Source of the DNA: Flavobacteriales bacterium
GTDB lineage: Bacteria; Bacteroidota; Bacteroidia; Flavobacteriales_F; PHOS-HE28
Assembly: GCA_039933875.1 (NCBI GenBank)
Contig: JBDTNF010000250.1
Location: 1,359 to 65,358 of the forward strand
Reading direction: 5' to 3'
DNA: 64,000 bases
The stretch's first letter is position 1. The number at the start of each line of letters is the position of its first letter. This document shows, piece by piece, positions 27,533 through 36,166 of the stretch. The notes below the pieces were generated by a model. It worked only from the letters and a program-made list of their open reading frames with translations, searched no databases and was not told the DNA's origin. A program made the position numbers and the translations under genes.

Positions 27533-28675
27533 CTAGTGCACCACCACGAATGGCCGCACACTCGGTGCACCATTGACCACGAGTACCAAATGGTACACAC
27601 CCGATGGCAACCCGCTTACCTCGACGGTCGACCCAGCGCTCACCAGGGGCGGCAACAGCACGACGCGACCTGTCACATCGCAGACCCGCGCCAAAGCCCG
27701 GCCCGGAACATCCGACAGAACGATCCGGTCGTTGGCGATCGTCGGGGACAGGGACCATTCCAGCGCGCTTCGTTCAGCGATGGACGTCGAAAGGCAACTG
27801 TATTCCGTCTGCACCCGCGTGCTGCTCCCCAAACTGTCCAATACGGCCACTATGGCTTGCGGATCACCCTTCAGGTAATGGTCCAGCCAGAGGCCCGCGA
27901 AGTCGTTCATCACATTGTGTTGTTCTTCGCGTGAAATGGTCAGGTCCGGTCCGCAGGTCAATTCGCCGAACGAGCAATTGAAGTTGCTTTCGGCGAAGTA
28001 GCAATGGCCGCCGCCGAGGATGTTCACGAAGGCCCGGCAGGGTACCGTCAGTGCATCATAGATCGGCCCTTGGTGGTCAGCGATCGGCGCCACACAGTCC
28101 TCGCTCGCTGCGAACACCATCGTGGGCACAAGCACATTGGCCGCAGCCGCGATGGCGCTGGGATCGGTCTCCGCCGGGGCGAAACTGACCACCGCCTGGA
28201 TGCTCGCATTACCCGCTGCACCAAGGACACTGGCACCACCGCCCATGCTGTGCCCCATGAGGGCACTTGCCGCTGCGACATGACCGAAGAAGGGCGATGC
28301 GCCATCAACGTTCGCCGCCTGAAGGGCTTGGGCCACATAGGCCAGATCGGCGCCGAAGGCCGCGTGGTCCGGGGCGAAGCCACCTTCCGTCGTCGGCAGG
28401 GCGACGATATAGCCTTTCGGCACGAAGTAGTTCCAGAAGTTGGCATACGAACCAACGCCCATCACGAACCCATGGCCGACCACCAGCACCGGGAACTCCC
28501 CAGTGGCGACGGCCACATCGCCACCTGCTGCGACACCGGGATAGTAGAGGTCGGTGGTGATCGTACGGTTCCGCGTCGCGTCGAAGAAGTCGATGGTGCG
28601 ATCGCCGATCACGTAGGGCTGCGCCTGTGAAGCGATGGCCAGGACCAGGGAGGGGAATAGGAAGAGTTGTCGCAT
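27533..28675 (-). CDS. Cutinase/polyesterase-lipase-like alpha/beta hydrolase with T9SS C-terminal domain
   Basis: Signal peptide; nucleophile elbow MGHSMGGGAS; Asp in FAASEDCVAP; His in LGGGHCYF. The layout matches actinobacterial cutinases. The C-terminal ~80 aa (LSPTIANDRIVL...VSGLPSGVYHLVLVVNG...) is a T9SS CTD. Confidence 0.8.
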   Translation of the reverse strand: MRQLFLFPSLVLAIASQAQPYVIGDRTIDFFDATRNRTITTDLYYPGVAAGGDVAVATGEFPVLVVGHGFVMGVGSYANFWNYFVPKGYIVALPTTEGGFAPDHAAFGADLAYVAQALQAANVDGASPFFGHVAAASALMGHSMGGGASVLGAAGNASIQAVVSFAPAETDPSAIAAAANVLVPTMVFAASEDCVAPIADHQGPIYDALTVPCRAFVNILGGGHCYFAESNFNCSFGELTCGPDLTISREEQHNVMNDFAGLWLDHYLKGDPQAIVAVLDSLGSSTRVQTEYSCLSTSIAERSALEWSLSPTIANDRIVLSDVPGRALARVCDVTGRVVLLPPLVSAGSTVEVSGLPSGVYHLVLVVNGAPSVRPFVVVH

Positions 28676-28813
28676 AGGGCGATGGTTGAGTTGTTGGAAC
28701 AACAACCGGGGACCGTTTCAGTTCGACCCCAAATTAGTCCGCGCCCCACAGGCGCGCTTTCACCGGTCGGCACGAAGCCACGTCGAGCACTCGGCTATAT
28801 TTGCCGCCCGTTC

Positions 28814-28903
28814 GGAGAGGTGCCAGAGTGGTCGAATGGGTCTGTCTCGAAAACAGAAGTACTCGCAAGGGTACCGGGGGTTCGAATCCCTCCCTCTCCG
28901 CCA
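28814..28903 (+). tRNA. tRNA-Ser (anticodon CGA), CCA encoded
   Basis: Acceptor GGAGAGG/CCTCTCC; anticodon arm TCTGT-CTCGAAA-ACAGA; long variable arm GTACTCGCAAGGGTAC; T-loop GGGGGTTCGAATCCCTC; then G-CCA. Confidence 0.9.
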
Positions 28904-28944
28904 ACCGAAAGCCACCCACAAGGTGGCTTTCCCATACCCGCACC

Positions 28945-29436
28945 ATGCCCACCGAAGCACAGGTCCTCGCCCATGTGATGGACCGCACCCGCCAGTACAC
29001 ACTCTCCTATTTCGACCGACTGAAGGACCAGGACCTTCATCGCCGGTTCGTGTGTGAAGGCAAGGAGTTGAACACCGCGTTCTGGCTGATCGCCCACCTC
29101 ACCACCACGGAGAACGGCTTGTTGCTCATGGCCACCGGCGGGCCGTTCAACAAGTTCAGTTGGGCGAAGCACTTCAACGTGGGCAGCACGGGGCTGCCTC
29201 CCGCGGAATGCCCTCCCTTCGCGGAGGTCTTCGAGATGCTCAATGCGGTACACGCGAAGGCCATCGCGCATGTGGCCACCCTTTCGGCCGAAGCGTTGGA
29301 AGCACCCAACGTCACCGGTTTCGCCTCCTTTGGCACCACGGTGCGCGATGTGATCACGCACGCCATCCGCCACGAGGGCTCGCACTGCGGCCACCTCGGC
29401 TGGTTGTGCAAGCTCTACGGGATCAAGACCGTGTAA
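28945..29436 (+). CDS. DinB family protein
   Basis: 163 aa with the His triad pattern (WLIAHLTTTE ... HAIRHEGSHCGHLG) typical of DinB/YfiT-like four-helix bundles. The ORF-track start at 28801 overlaps the tRNA and is rejected. Confidence 0.7.
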   Translation: MPTEAQVLAHVMDRTRQYTLSYFDRLKDQDLHRRFVCEGKELNTAFWLIAHLTTTENGLLLMATGGPFNKFSWAKHFNVGSTGLPPAECPPFAEVFEMLNAVHAKAIAHVATLSAEALEAPNVTGFASFGTTVRDVITHAIRHEGSHCGHLGWLCKLYGIKTV

Positions 29437-29442
29437 GCTGGC

Positions 29443-30744
29443 TCAGTGCCAGAGCAGCCAGAACGTGGCGATGCCGCCGAGGTAGCCGAGCAAGGCCGGG
29501 AAGGTCATCTTCCGCAGGTACCAGATGAAATCGATGTCGACGATGCCCATGGCGGCGACGCCGGCGGCGGACCCGATGATGAGCAAGCTGCCACCCGTGC
29601 CCGCGCAAAGAGCGAGCAATTCCCAGAAGATGTGATCCTGCGGGAACTGGGTCATGGGGTACATGCCCATGGCCGCAGCCACGAGCGGCACATTGTCCAC
29701 GATGGACGAGAGCAGGCCGATGGCGCTGTTGATGAGGTACACATCGCCCAACATGCGATCAAGGCCGTGCGCGAGCAGGGTGAGGTGGCCCGCTACTTCC
29801 AATCCGGCCACGGAAACCAGGATCCCGAAGAAAAAGAGCACCGTCGACATGTCGATCCGCCGGAGCACGGCGCTCACCATCAGTTCGCTGCGCTCGCTGT
29901 CACCGTGGCGCACATGGACCACCTCCGTGACGATCCAGAGCACACCAAGCCCCAGCATGATGCCCATGAACGGTGGCAGATGAGCGAATGTCTTGAACAC
30001 CGGCACGAAGAGCAGGGCAGCCACACCGATGGCGAAGATCAGGTTCCGTTCGAACGCGGTCAGGCGCGATGCAGGCCCGACCAGGTCCTTGGCGACATCC
30101 GGTCGCTGCACATTACCCTTCAGGGAGCGGCCGATCCAGAGCAGCGGCAACAGCAGGCACACGAGGCTTGGAACAAGCAATTTGAGGATGATGTTCCCCG
30201 TGGTGACCCGTCCACCGATCCACAACATGATCGTGGTCACATCGCCGATGGGCGACCACGCACCACCCGCATTGGCCGCGATGACGACCATCCCGGTGAA
30301 GATCAACAGCGTTGGCTTGTCATCGATCAACTTGCGCAGCAAGGCGCACATCACGATCGCCGTGGTGAGGTTGTCCAGCACTGCCGAGAGAAAGAACGCG
30401 GTGATGCTCACGATCCACAGCAGTGTGGTCTTCTTCGTGGCGGTGATGCGCGAAGTGATGATATGGAAGCCATCGTGCGCATCGATCAGTTCCACCACCG
30501 TCATGGCGCCCATCAGGAAGAACAGGATGCTCGCGATCCCCCCAAGGTGTTCCAGGAGCGCATGATCGATCGCCTCGGTGGTCCCCGCCGCCCCCGGCAG
30601 GATGCTGTCACGCCCGACCACCAGGATGGTCCACACCAGCACACCGGTGAGGATGGCGGTCGCCGCCTTGTTCACCTTCAGCGGGTGCTCAAGTGCGATG
30701 GCCGTGTAGCCCAACACAAAAACGATGGCCATGAGCGCGAACAT
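29443..30744 (-). CDS. nhaD: NhaD/ArsB-type Na+/H+ antiporter
   Basis: 433 aa, polytopic. The N-terminus ALEHPLKVNKAATAILTGVLVW and the internal repeat architecture are typical of NhaD. Confidence 0.8.
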   Translation of the reverse strand: MFALMAIVFVLGYTAIALEHPLKVNKAATAILTGVLVWTILVVGRDSILPGAAGTTEAIDHALLEHLGGIASILFFLMGAMTVVELIDAHDGFHIITSRITATKKTTLLWIVSITAFFLSAVLDNLTTAIVMCALLRKLIDDKPTLLIFTGMVVIAANAGGAWSPIGDVTTIMLWIGGRVTTGNIILKLLVPSLVCLLLPLLWIGRSLKGNVQRPDVAKDLVGPASRLTAFERNLIFAIGVAALLFVPVFKTFAHLPPFMGIMLGLGVLWIVTEVVHVRHGDSERSELMVSAVLRRIDMSTVLFFFGILVSVAGLEVAGHLTLLAHGLDRMLGDVYLINSAIGLLSSIVDNVPLVAAAMGMYPMTQFPQDHIFWELLALCAGTGGSLLIIGSAAGVAAMGIVDIDFIWYLRKMTFPALLGYLGGIATFWLLWH

Positions 30745-30790
30745 GCAACGGATATCGTGGGCAAGGATACGGAGCGGTTAAACTTGTTCC

Positions 30791-31801
30791 ATGGTAGCAC
30801 CGCGCAGCAACATCCGTTTGCAAGCCATCGTGCTCCTTGTCGGCACGGTGCTGCTGGCCGTCAAATTCATCGCCTGGCGGCTCACGCACAGCAACACCAT
30901 CCTCAGCGATGCGCTGGAGAGCATCGTGAACGTGGTGGCCGGTGCCTTCGCGCTCTACAGCCTGGTGCTCGCAGCCAAGCCGCGGGATCGCGGACATCCT
31001 TACGGCCATGGCAAGGTGGAGTTCATCTCCGCCGGGATCGAGGGCGGGTTGGTGGTCCTCGCTGGCGCGGTGATCATCTGGCGCGCGGTGCAGGCGCTTC
31101 TCGAGCATCAGCACCTGCACGACCTGGATACCGGCATCGCCCTGGTGGCGGTCGCCGGGGCGCTCAACCTGGTGATGGGCCTCACCCTGCGCAACCGCGG
31201 AAAGAAGGCGCATTCGATCACCATGGAAGCCAGCGGTGCGCACCTGTTGAGCGATGCGTGGAGCACGGTGGCGATGGTGTGCGGATTGGTGCTCATCCGC
31301 CTCACCGGGCTGCTCTGGCTCGACCAGTTCTTCGCCATCCTCTTCGCGCTGTACATCATCGTGGTCGGGTTGCGCGTCTTCCGCCGGTCGGTGGCCGGCA
31401 TCATGGACGAGGCCGACGTCGAACAAGCCGCACGTGTGATCACCACGCTCGAACAGCACCGCCTGCCGCAGTGGGTGGACGTGCACAACTTCCGCATGAT
31501 CAAGTACGGCGCGGTGCTGCACATCGATTGCCATGTGACGCTTCCCTGGTACTACTCATTGGAGCAGGCGCACCATGAGATCGCCGCGATCGAGCAGCTG
31601 GTGAACCGGTCACACGACCAGGTCGTGGAACTCTTCATCCACATGGACCCCTGCGTGCCCACCAGCTGCGCGATCTGCCAGCTGGCCGGATGTCCTGAGC
31701 GCAAACACCCCTTCACCCATAATGTGGTCTGGACCCCGGACACCGTGCTCGGCAACATCAAGCACGGCGCGGTCACGAGGGATCAGCGACAGGAGCAGTA
31801 G
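30791..31801 (+). CDS. Cation diffusion facilitator (CDF) family transporter
   Basis: HSNTILSDALESIVN (TM2 metal site), HLLSDAWSTV (TM5 HxxxD), and a C-terminal cytoplasmic domain rich in His and Cys. Confidence 0.85.
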   Translation: MVAPRSNIRLQAIVLLVGTVLLAVKFIAWRLTHSNTILSDALESIVNVVAGAFALYSLVLAAKPRDRGHPYGHGKVEFISAGIEGGLVVLAGAVIIWRAVQALLEHQHLHDLDTGIALVAVAGALNLVMGLTLRNRGKKAHSITMEASGAHLLSDAWSTVAMVCGLVLIRLTGLLWLDQFFAILFALYIIVVGLRVFRRSVAGIMDEADVEQAARVITTLEQHRLPQWVDVHNFRMIKYGAVLHIDCHVTLPWYYSLEQAHHEIAAIEQLVNRSHDQVVELFIHMDPCVPTSCAICQLAGCPERKHPFTHNVVWTPDTVLGNIKHGAVTRDQRQEQ

Positions 31802-31815
31802 GCCGGCCCCAAAGC

Positions 31816-31842
31816 AAAAAGCCCCTCGCGGGGCTCTTTGTT
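31816..31842. terminator. Bidirectional hairpin terminator between the CDF gene and tRNA-His
   Basis: AAAAA-GCCCC-TCGC-GGGGC-TCTTTGTT has an A-run on one side and a T-run on the other. Confidence 0.6.
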
Positions 31843-31846
31843 CTCG

Positions 31847-31921
31847 GGTGGAAGACCGGGCTTGAACCGGCGACCTTCGGAATCACAATCCGACGCTCTA
31901 ACCAACTGAGCTACATCCACC
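31847..31921 (-). tRNA. tRNA-His (anticodon GUG) with genome-encoded G-1; CCA not encoded
   Basis: The reverse complement is G-GTGGATG-TA-GCTCAGTTGGTTAGAGC-G-TCGGA-TTGTGAT-TCCGA-AGGTC-GCCGG-TTCAAGC-CCGGT-CTTCCAC-C. G-1 pairs with C73, and there is one U:U at 6:67. Confidence 0.85.
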
Positions 31922-32024
31922 ATTTCCGTCCGCCGAAGCGAACGGGCGGCAAATATAGGATGAGCACGGCGAGCATGATCAGCTGCCGTCCTGCGCGGGT
32001 CGTGCTGCGTACTTTGCGCCAAGC

Positions 32025-33230
32025 ATGACGCTCGCTTCCGCCGCCCCCCTTCTCCGCCCTGCGGAGGGCCGGACAGGGCCTCATGTACTCTTCCTCCCCA
32101 AATGGTATCCGGGGCGGAACGACCCCCAGTTGGGTGACTTCCTGCGGAAGCAGGCCCTCGCGGTGGCCGCGGACATACCGGTGAGCGTGCTATACATCGC
32201 TCCGGTGGCCGATGCGGATGCCGAGGAACTGACCGAACGTGATGGGGCCTGGGAACTGCGCTGCTACTACAAAGCCAGCACCCATGGCCTGCGGATCTGG
32301 CGCAAGGCGGTGAACTTGCGCCTCTACTGGCGGGCCGCGATGCGCGGATGGGAGCGGCTCGTGCGCGAACGCGGCCTGCCGGACCTCATCCACGCTTACA
32401 TCCTGGTGCGACCGGCCATGGTGGCCTGGCGGATGAAGCGGCGGTATGGCATTCCCTACATCGTGAGCGAACAGAGCAGCGAATACCTCGACGGCACTTA
32501 TGAAGGCAAGGGCCCGCTCTTCAAGGCGTTGAGCCGCCTGCTCTTCAAGCGCTCGGCCGGGGTCACCGCCGTTTCGGCATGGCTGGGCGATGCCTTGGTG
32601 AAGCACCGCCTGTGCACGAGCTACACCGTGGTGCCCAACGTGGTACCCGGGCTCGAACGCCCGCTTCCGCCGCGCGGACCAGCAGGACACTTCCTGGTGG
32701 TGGCCGACCTGGTCGACAAGACCAAGAACGTGAGCGGTGTGATACGCGCGCTGGCACAGGCGCGACAGCGCGATGCACGTGTCCAACTCACCGTGGTAGG
32801 CGACGGACCGGATCGGCGGGCGTTGGAGGACCTCTCCCGTGCGGAGGGCGTCAGCGAAGCGGTCCGCTTCCTCGGACGAATGCCCAACAACGCGGTATTG
32901 GACCATGTGGCTGAAGCATCGGCCATGATCGTGAACAGCAACGTCGAAACCTTCAGCGTCGTGACCGGCGAGGCGCTGGCACAAGGCAAACCGGTGATCG
33001 CCACACGTTGCGGCGGACCCATCGCGTTCATCACACCAGCCAACGGAATATTGATCGAACCGAAGGATACCGACGCCTTGCGCGATGCCATGCTGGACAT
33101 GACCACCGGCATCGGTCGTTACGAGGCCGCAGCCATCCGGGCCGACCTGAGCGATCGGTTCAGCCCCCAGCGCATCGCCCGGCTCTTCGGTGGTGTATAC
33201 CAGAACGCCCTGCGACATGTCAAGCGCTGA
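32025..33230 (+). CDS. Glycosyltransferase family 4
   Basis: GT-B fold C-terminal half with the EX7E-like region NSNVETFSVVTGEALAQGKPVIATRCGG. Confidence 0.85.
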   Translation: MTLASAAPLLRPAEGRTGPHVLFLPKWYPGRNDPQLGDFLRKQALAVAADIPVSVLYIAPVADADAEELTERDGAWELRCYYKASTHGLRIWRKAVNLRLYWRAAMRGWERLVRERGLPDLIHAYILVRPAMVAWRMKRRYGIPYIVSEQSSEYLDGTYEGKGPLFKALSRLLFKRSAGVTAVSAWLGDALVKHRLCTSYTVVPNVVPGLERPLPPRGPAGHFLVVADLVDKTKNVSGVIRALAQARQRDARVQLTVVGDGPDRRALEDLSRAEGVSEAVRFLGRMPNNAVLDHVAEASAMIVNSNVETFSVVTGEALAQGKPVIATRCGGPIAFITPANGILIEPKDTDALRDAMLDMTTGIGRYEAAAIRADLSDRFSPQRIARLFGGVYQNALRHVKR

Positions 33231-34872
33231 AACAGGAACGTTGCGCGTGGGCGTGTTGTGTGATCAACAGCGCATCCCGCGCTGGCAGGCCGAGGCGGTG
33301 ACGCGCTTGTTCGCTGTGGCCGGTGTGCACCCCCTGGTGTGGATCGCCCTGGAGGATGGGGCCGCACGACCTGCCGCCTTGAAACAAAAGACGCCCGTTG
33401 CCACCGGGATCTTCGCGCAGGTCACCAAATGGCTTCCGAAACCACTGAACCCCGCAGCGCTGTTCGAGCAGGACCCAGCGCCGCTGTTCGGTACGCTGCG
33501 AACGATCGTCGTGCCTGCTTCCCCCGGCCTCGGTGCGTTCGATCCCGAGGCGATCGCCACGCTGGCCCCTCTTCAATTGGATCTTGTGCTGGCCTTGTCG
33601 TCCTTCCGTCCCGAGGCTGCCGAACTCGGGCATCCGCGCCTGGGTGTCTGGAGCTTCCATCCCACCCTTTCCGGCGATGCGATCGATGAGGAACTGTTCA
33701 GCGACACCGAACATGCCGCCGTGCAACTGATCCGCTACGATGCCACAGGCGATGTGCGTGTGCTGCGCGAAGGACGCTTCGCCAACACAGCGATCGACGC
33801 ACCGGTCAACGAGGTGCTGATGCGCTGCGCGCTCTGGCCAGCCCAGGTGGCCATGGAAGTGATCGCTGGTCGGGAAGAAGCCGCTCGTGGTTCCGCCGCC
33901 GCCCTGGCCCCGGAGAGCGCACCGCAAAGTGCGCTCGCATCCGCCGCTGCGGTCTGGCGGGGCTGGCGCAGGAAGTTGTTCCGCCAACGCCCCGAACTGG
34001 CCCTGGAATGGAATATCGGTGTGCTGCACCAGCCGATCAGCGCATTGCTGGAGGAAGGAGCGAGCATGAACGTGCGTTGGCTGCCACCGCCTTCGGCAGG
34101 CCGAACGCGCAGTGAACCGTTCGGCTACACGACGGAGGACGGACAGCTGAACGTGCTCTACCGTAAGCACTCGGTAACCACTGGACAAAGCAGCATCGCA
34201 CGCCTGCGCCCCAAAGCGGACAATGTCCTGAAGCGTTCGCGACCCATGTTGGAAGGTGCGGGCATCACCGGCTATCCGTACGTGGTGGAGCACGAGGGTG
34301 CCGTGCATGTGGTGGTGACACACACCACCGGCACCGACCTCTACCGCTTGAATACCACCAATGATGGGCTTGATCACCTGGTTTCGCTGGTCGCAGAGCC
34401 GTTGCATGCACCCACGCTTTTCCAGGTGGAGGGCCGATGGTGGCTCTTCGCCACCGATCCCGCCCTGCCTGACATCGCCCTGCTCGCCTTCCATGCGAAC
34501 GATCTTCAGGGACCCTACACCGCACATGCGCTCAACCCGCTGAAGATGGACGTAACCTCTTCGCGCCCGGCCGGCACGCCCTTCCAGCGCGATGGTGTGT
34601 GGTGGAGGCCGGCGTTGGACGCCTCGCGACCCGACACGTCAGCCGTGGTGCTGAACCGCATCGTCATACTCACCCCGGACCTTTACGTGGAAGAGACCGT
34701 GCGGCGCATCGAAGCTTTCCGTGGCACCACCTACGGGCGCGGATTGCGCACCCTCTGCGCCATGGGCCCCATCACCCTGGTGGATGGCTTACGCTCCCCG
34801 ATCGTATCAGCGGATAAGGCGACCACGAGCCGCAGCAAAAAGCGAAGCGGTTCCTCAAGCAAGCGCAAATGA
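33217..34872 (+). CDS. Hypothetical two-domain protein (formyltransferase-like N-terminal half + beta-propeller-like C-terminal half)
   Basis: The ATG at 33217 overlaps the GT4 stop. The N-terminal half has LDLVLALSSFRP...GVWSFHPTL, reminiscent of Formyl_trans_N (HxSLLP region). The C-terminal half is repetitive and beta-rich. The product call is tentative. Confidence 0.5.
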   Translation: MSSAETGTLRVGVLCDQQRIPRWQAEAVTRLFAVAGVHPLVWIALEDGAARPAALKQKTPVATGIFAQVTKWLPKPLNPAALFEQDPAPLFGTLRTIVVPASPGLGAFDPEAIATLAPLQLDLVLALSSFRPEAAELGHPRLGVWSFHPTLSGDAIDEELFSDTEHAAVQLIRYDATGDVRVLREGRFANTAIDAPVNEVLMRCALWPAQVAMEVIAGREEAARGSAAALAPESAPQSALASAAAVWRGWRRKLFRQRPELALEWNIGVLHQPISALLEEGASMNVRWLPPPSAGRTRSEPFGYTTEDGQLNVLYRKHSVTTGQSSIARLRPKADNVLKRSRPMLEGAGITGYPYVVEHEGAVHVVVTHTTGTDLYRLNTTNDGLDHLVSLVAEPLHAPTLFQVEGRWWLFATDPALPDIALLAFHANDLQGPYTAHALNPLKMDVTSSRPAGTPFQRDGVWWRPALDASRPDTSAVVLNRIVILTPDLYVEETVRRIEAFRGTTYGRGLRTLCAMGPITLVDGLRSPIVSADKATTSRSKKRSGSSSKRK

Positions 34873-36134
34873 TCCGTCCTGTTGCCGGCACGGTCGTTTC
34901 GCGTGTGGCCATCGTGGCCATGAACCTGCTGGTGGTGGTGGTGGCGGGCCGCGCGCTCGGCACCACCGGACTTGGGACGATCAGCTTGTTGGTGCTCGGC
35001 ATCACGTTCATCCTTGTGCTGAACAATGTGGTGGGCGGTGGCGGCATCGTTTACCTGCTTCCCCGCCACGGCGCCGCCGCGTTGCGCTGGCCCTCGTACG
35101 CCTGGGCGCTCGGCACTGCGGCTGTTGCGCGGTTGGTGCTGCATCGGTGGCAACTGGTGCCCGAAGGTCTTGCGGACCACACGGTGGCCCTCGCCTTTCT
35201 GCAAGCGATCATCGGCATACACCTCGCGATCCTGCTTGGGCGCGAACGCATCGGCGTGCACAACGCGCTCCTCGTATTCCAGGCCGCAGCATTGCTCCTG
35301 GTCTTCGCCGTGCTGGTGCGGCACGATACGGCCGATGTGATGGACTATGTGCTTGCCGCCTACGCCGCGCACGGCGCCACGGCATTGCTCAGCACCATCG
35401 CCAGCATCCGCCACACAGCCGATCGCCGCGCCATCGCGCCCACCGGTCATCCCGTCGTCGATCTGTTCCGGCAGGGCGCCATCGCACAAGCCGCCAACGG
35501 CATGCAATTGCTCAACTACCGGCTGGCCTACTACCTCATCAAACGCTCCATCGGCATTCCAGCGGTGGGCATCTATTCGGTCACGAGCCAACTGGCCGAG
35601 AGCACCTGGCTGGTGCCGAAGAGCCTGGGCCTAGTGCTTTACGCGCGCATGAGCAATACCGAAGGCATGGAACGCCAGCGCGACCTGACGCTCGCCGTGC
35701 TGAAGGTGGCGCTTGCCGTGGCATTGCTCTTCACGGTGGTGCTGGTGCTGCTGCCCGATGCGCTGTACCAGCTGGTGTTCGGGCCTGAAGTGACCGGCAT
35801 CGCGAAGCTGGTGCTGCTACTTGCCCCCGGCTTGTTGGCCATGGCCGCCTCGCAGGCCCTAAGCCACTACCTGAGCGGCACCGGCCGGGTGTGGCACAAT
35901 GCCATCGGTTCGGGCCTCGGTGCGGTGGCCACGTTGGCCCTCGGTTTTTCGCTCATCCCCAAGTACGGCCTGCCCGGCGCGGCCATCACAGCCTCCATCG
36001 CTTACTGCACCAGCACCCTCTACCAGGTGGTCGTGTTCCATCGCCTCACCGGTGCGCGCCTGCGCCACTTCGTGCCGAACGCCGCGGATGTTGACCGCCT
36101 GCGCACCTTGTGGAACCGGTTGGTGGGGCGGTGA
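34869..36134 (+). CDS. Polysaccharide/oligosaccharide flippase (Wzx/MOP superfamily)
   Basis: 421 aa with about 12 TM segments. It overlaps the upstream stop by 4 nt and sits in a glycan-locus context. Confidence 0.75.
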   Translation: MIRPVAGTVVSRVAIVAMNLLVVVVAGRALGTTGLGTISLLVLGITFILVLNNVVGGGGIVYLLPRHGAAALRWPSYAWALGTAAVARLVLHRWQLVPEGLADHTVALAFLQAIIGIHLAILLGRERIGVHNALLVFQAAALLLVFAVLVRHDTADVMDYVLAAYAAHGATALLSTIASIRHTADRRAIAPTGHPVVDLFRQGAIAQAANGMQLLNYRLAYYLIKRSIGIPAVGIYSVTSQLAESTWLVPKSLGLVLYARMSNTEGMERQRDLTLAVLKVALAVALLFTVVLVLLPDALYQLVFGPEVTGIAKLVLLLAPGLLAMAASQALSHYLSGTGRVWHNAIGSGLGAVATLALGFSLIPKYGLPGAAITASIAYCTSTLYQVVVFHRLTGARLRHFVPNAADVDRLRTLWNRLVGR

Positions 36135-36166
36135 GCACTGGCTACCACATGGTAGCGAGGTCGCGC

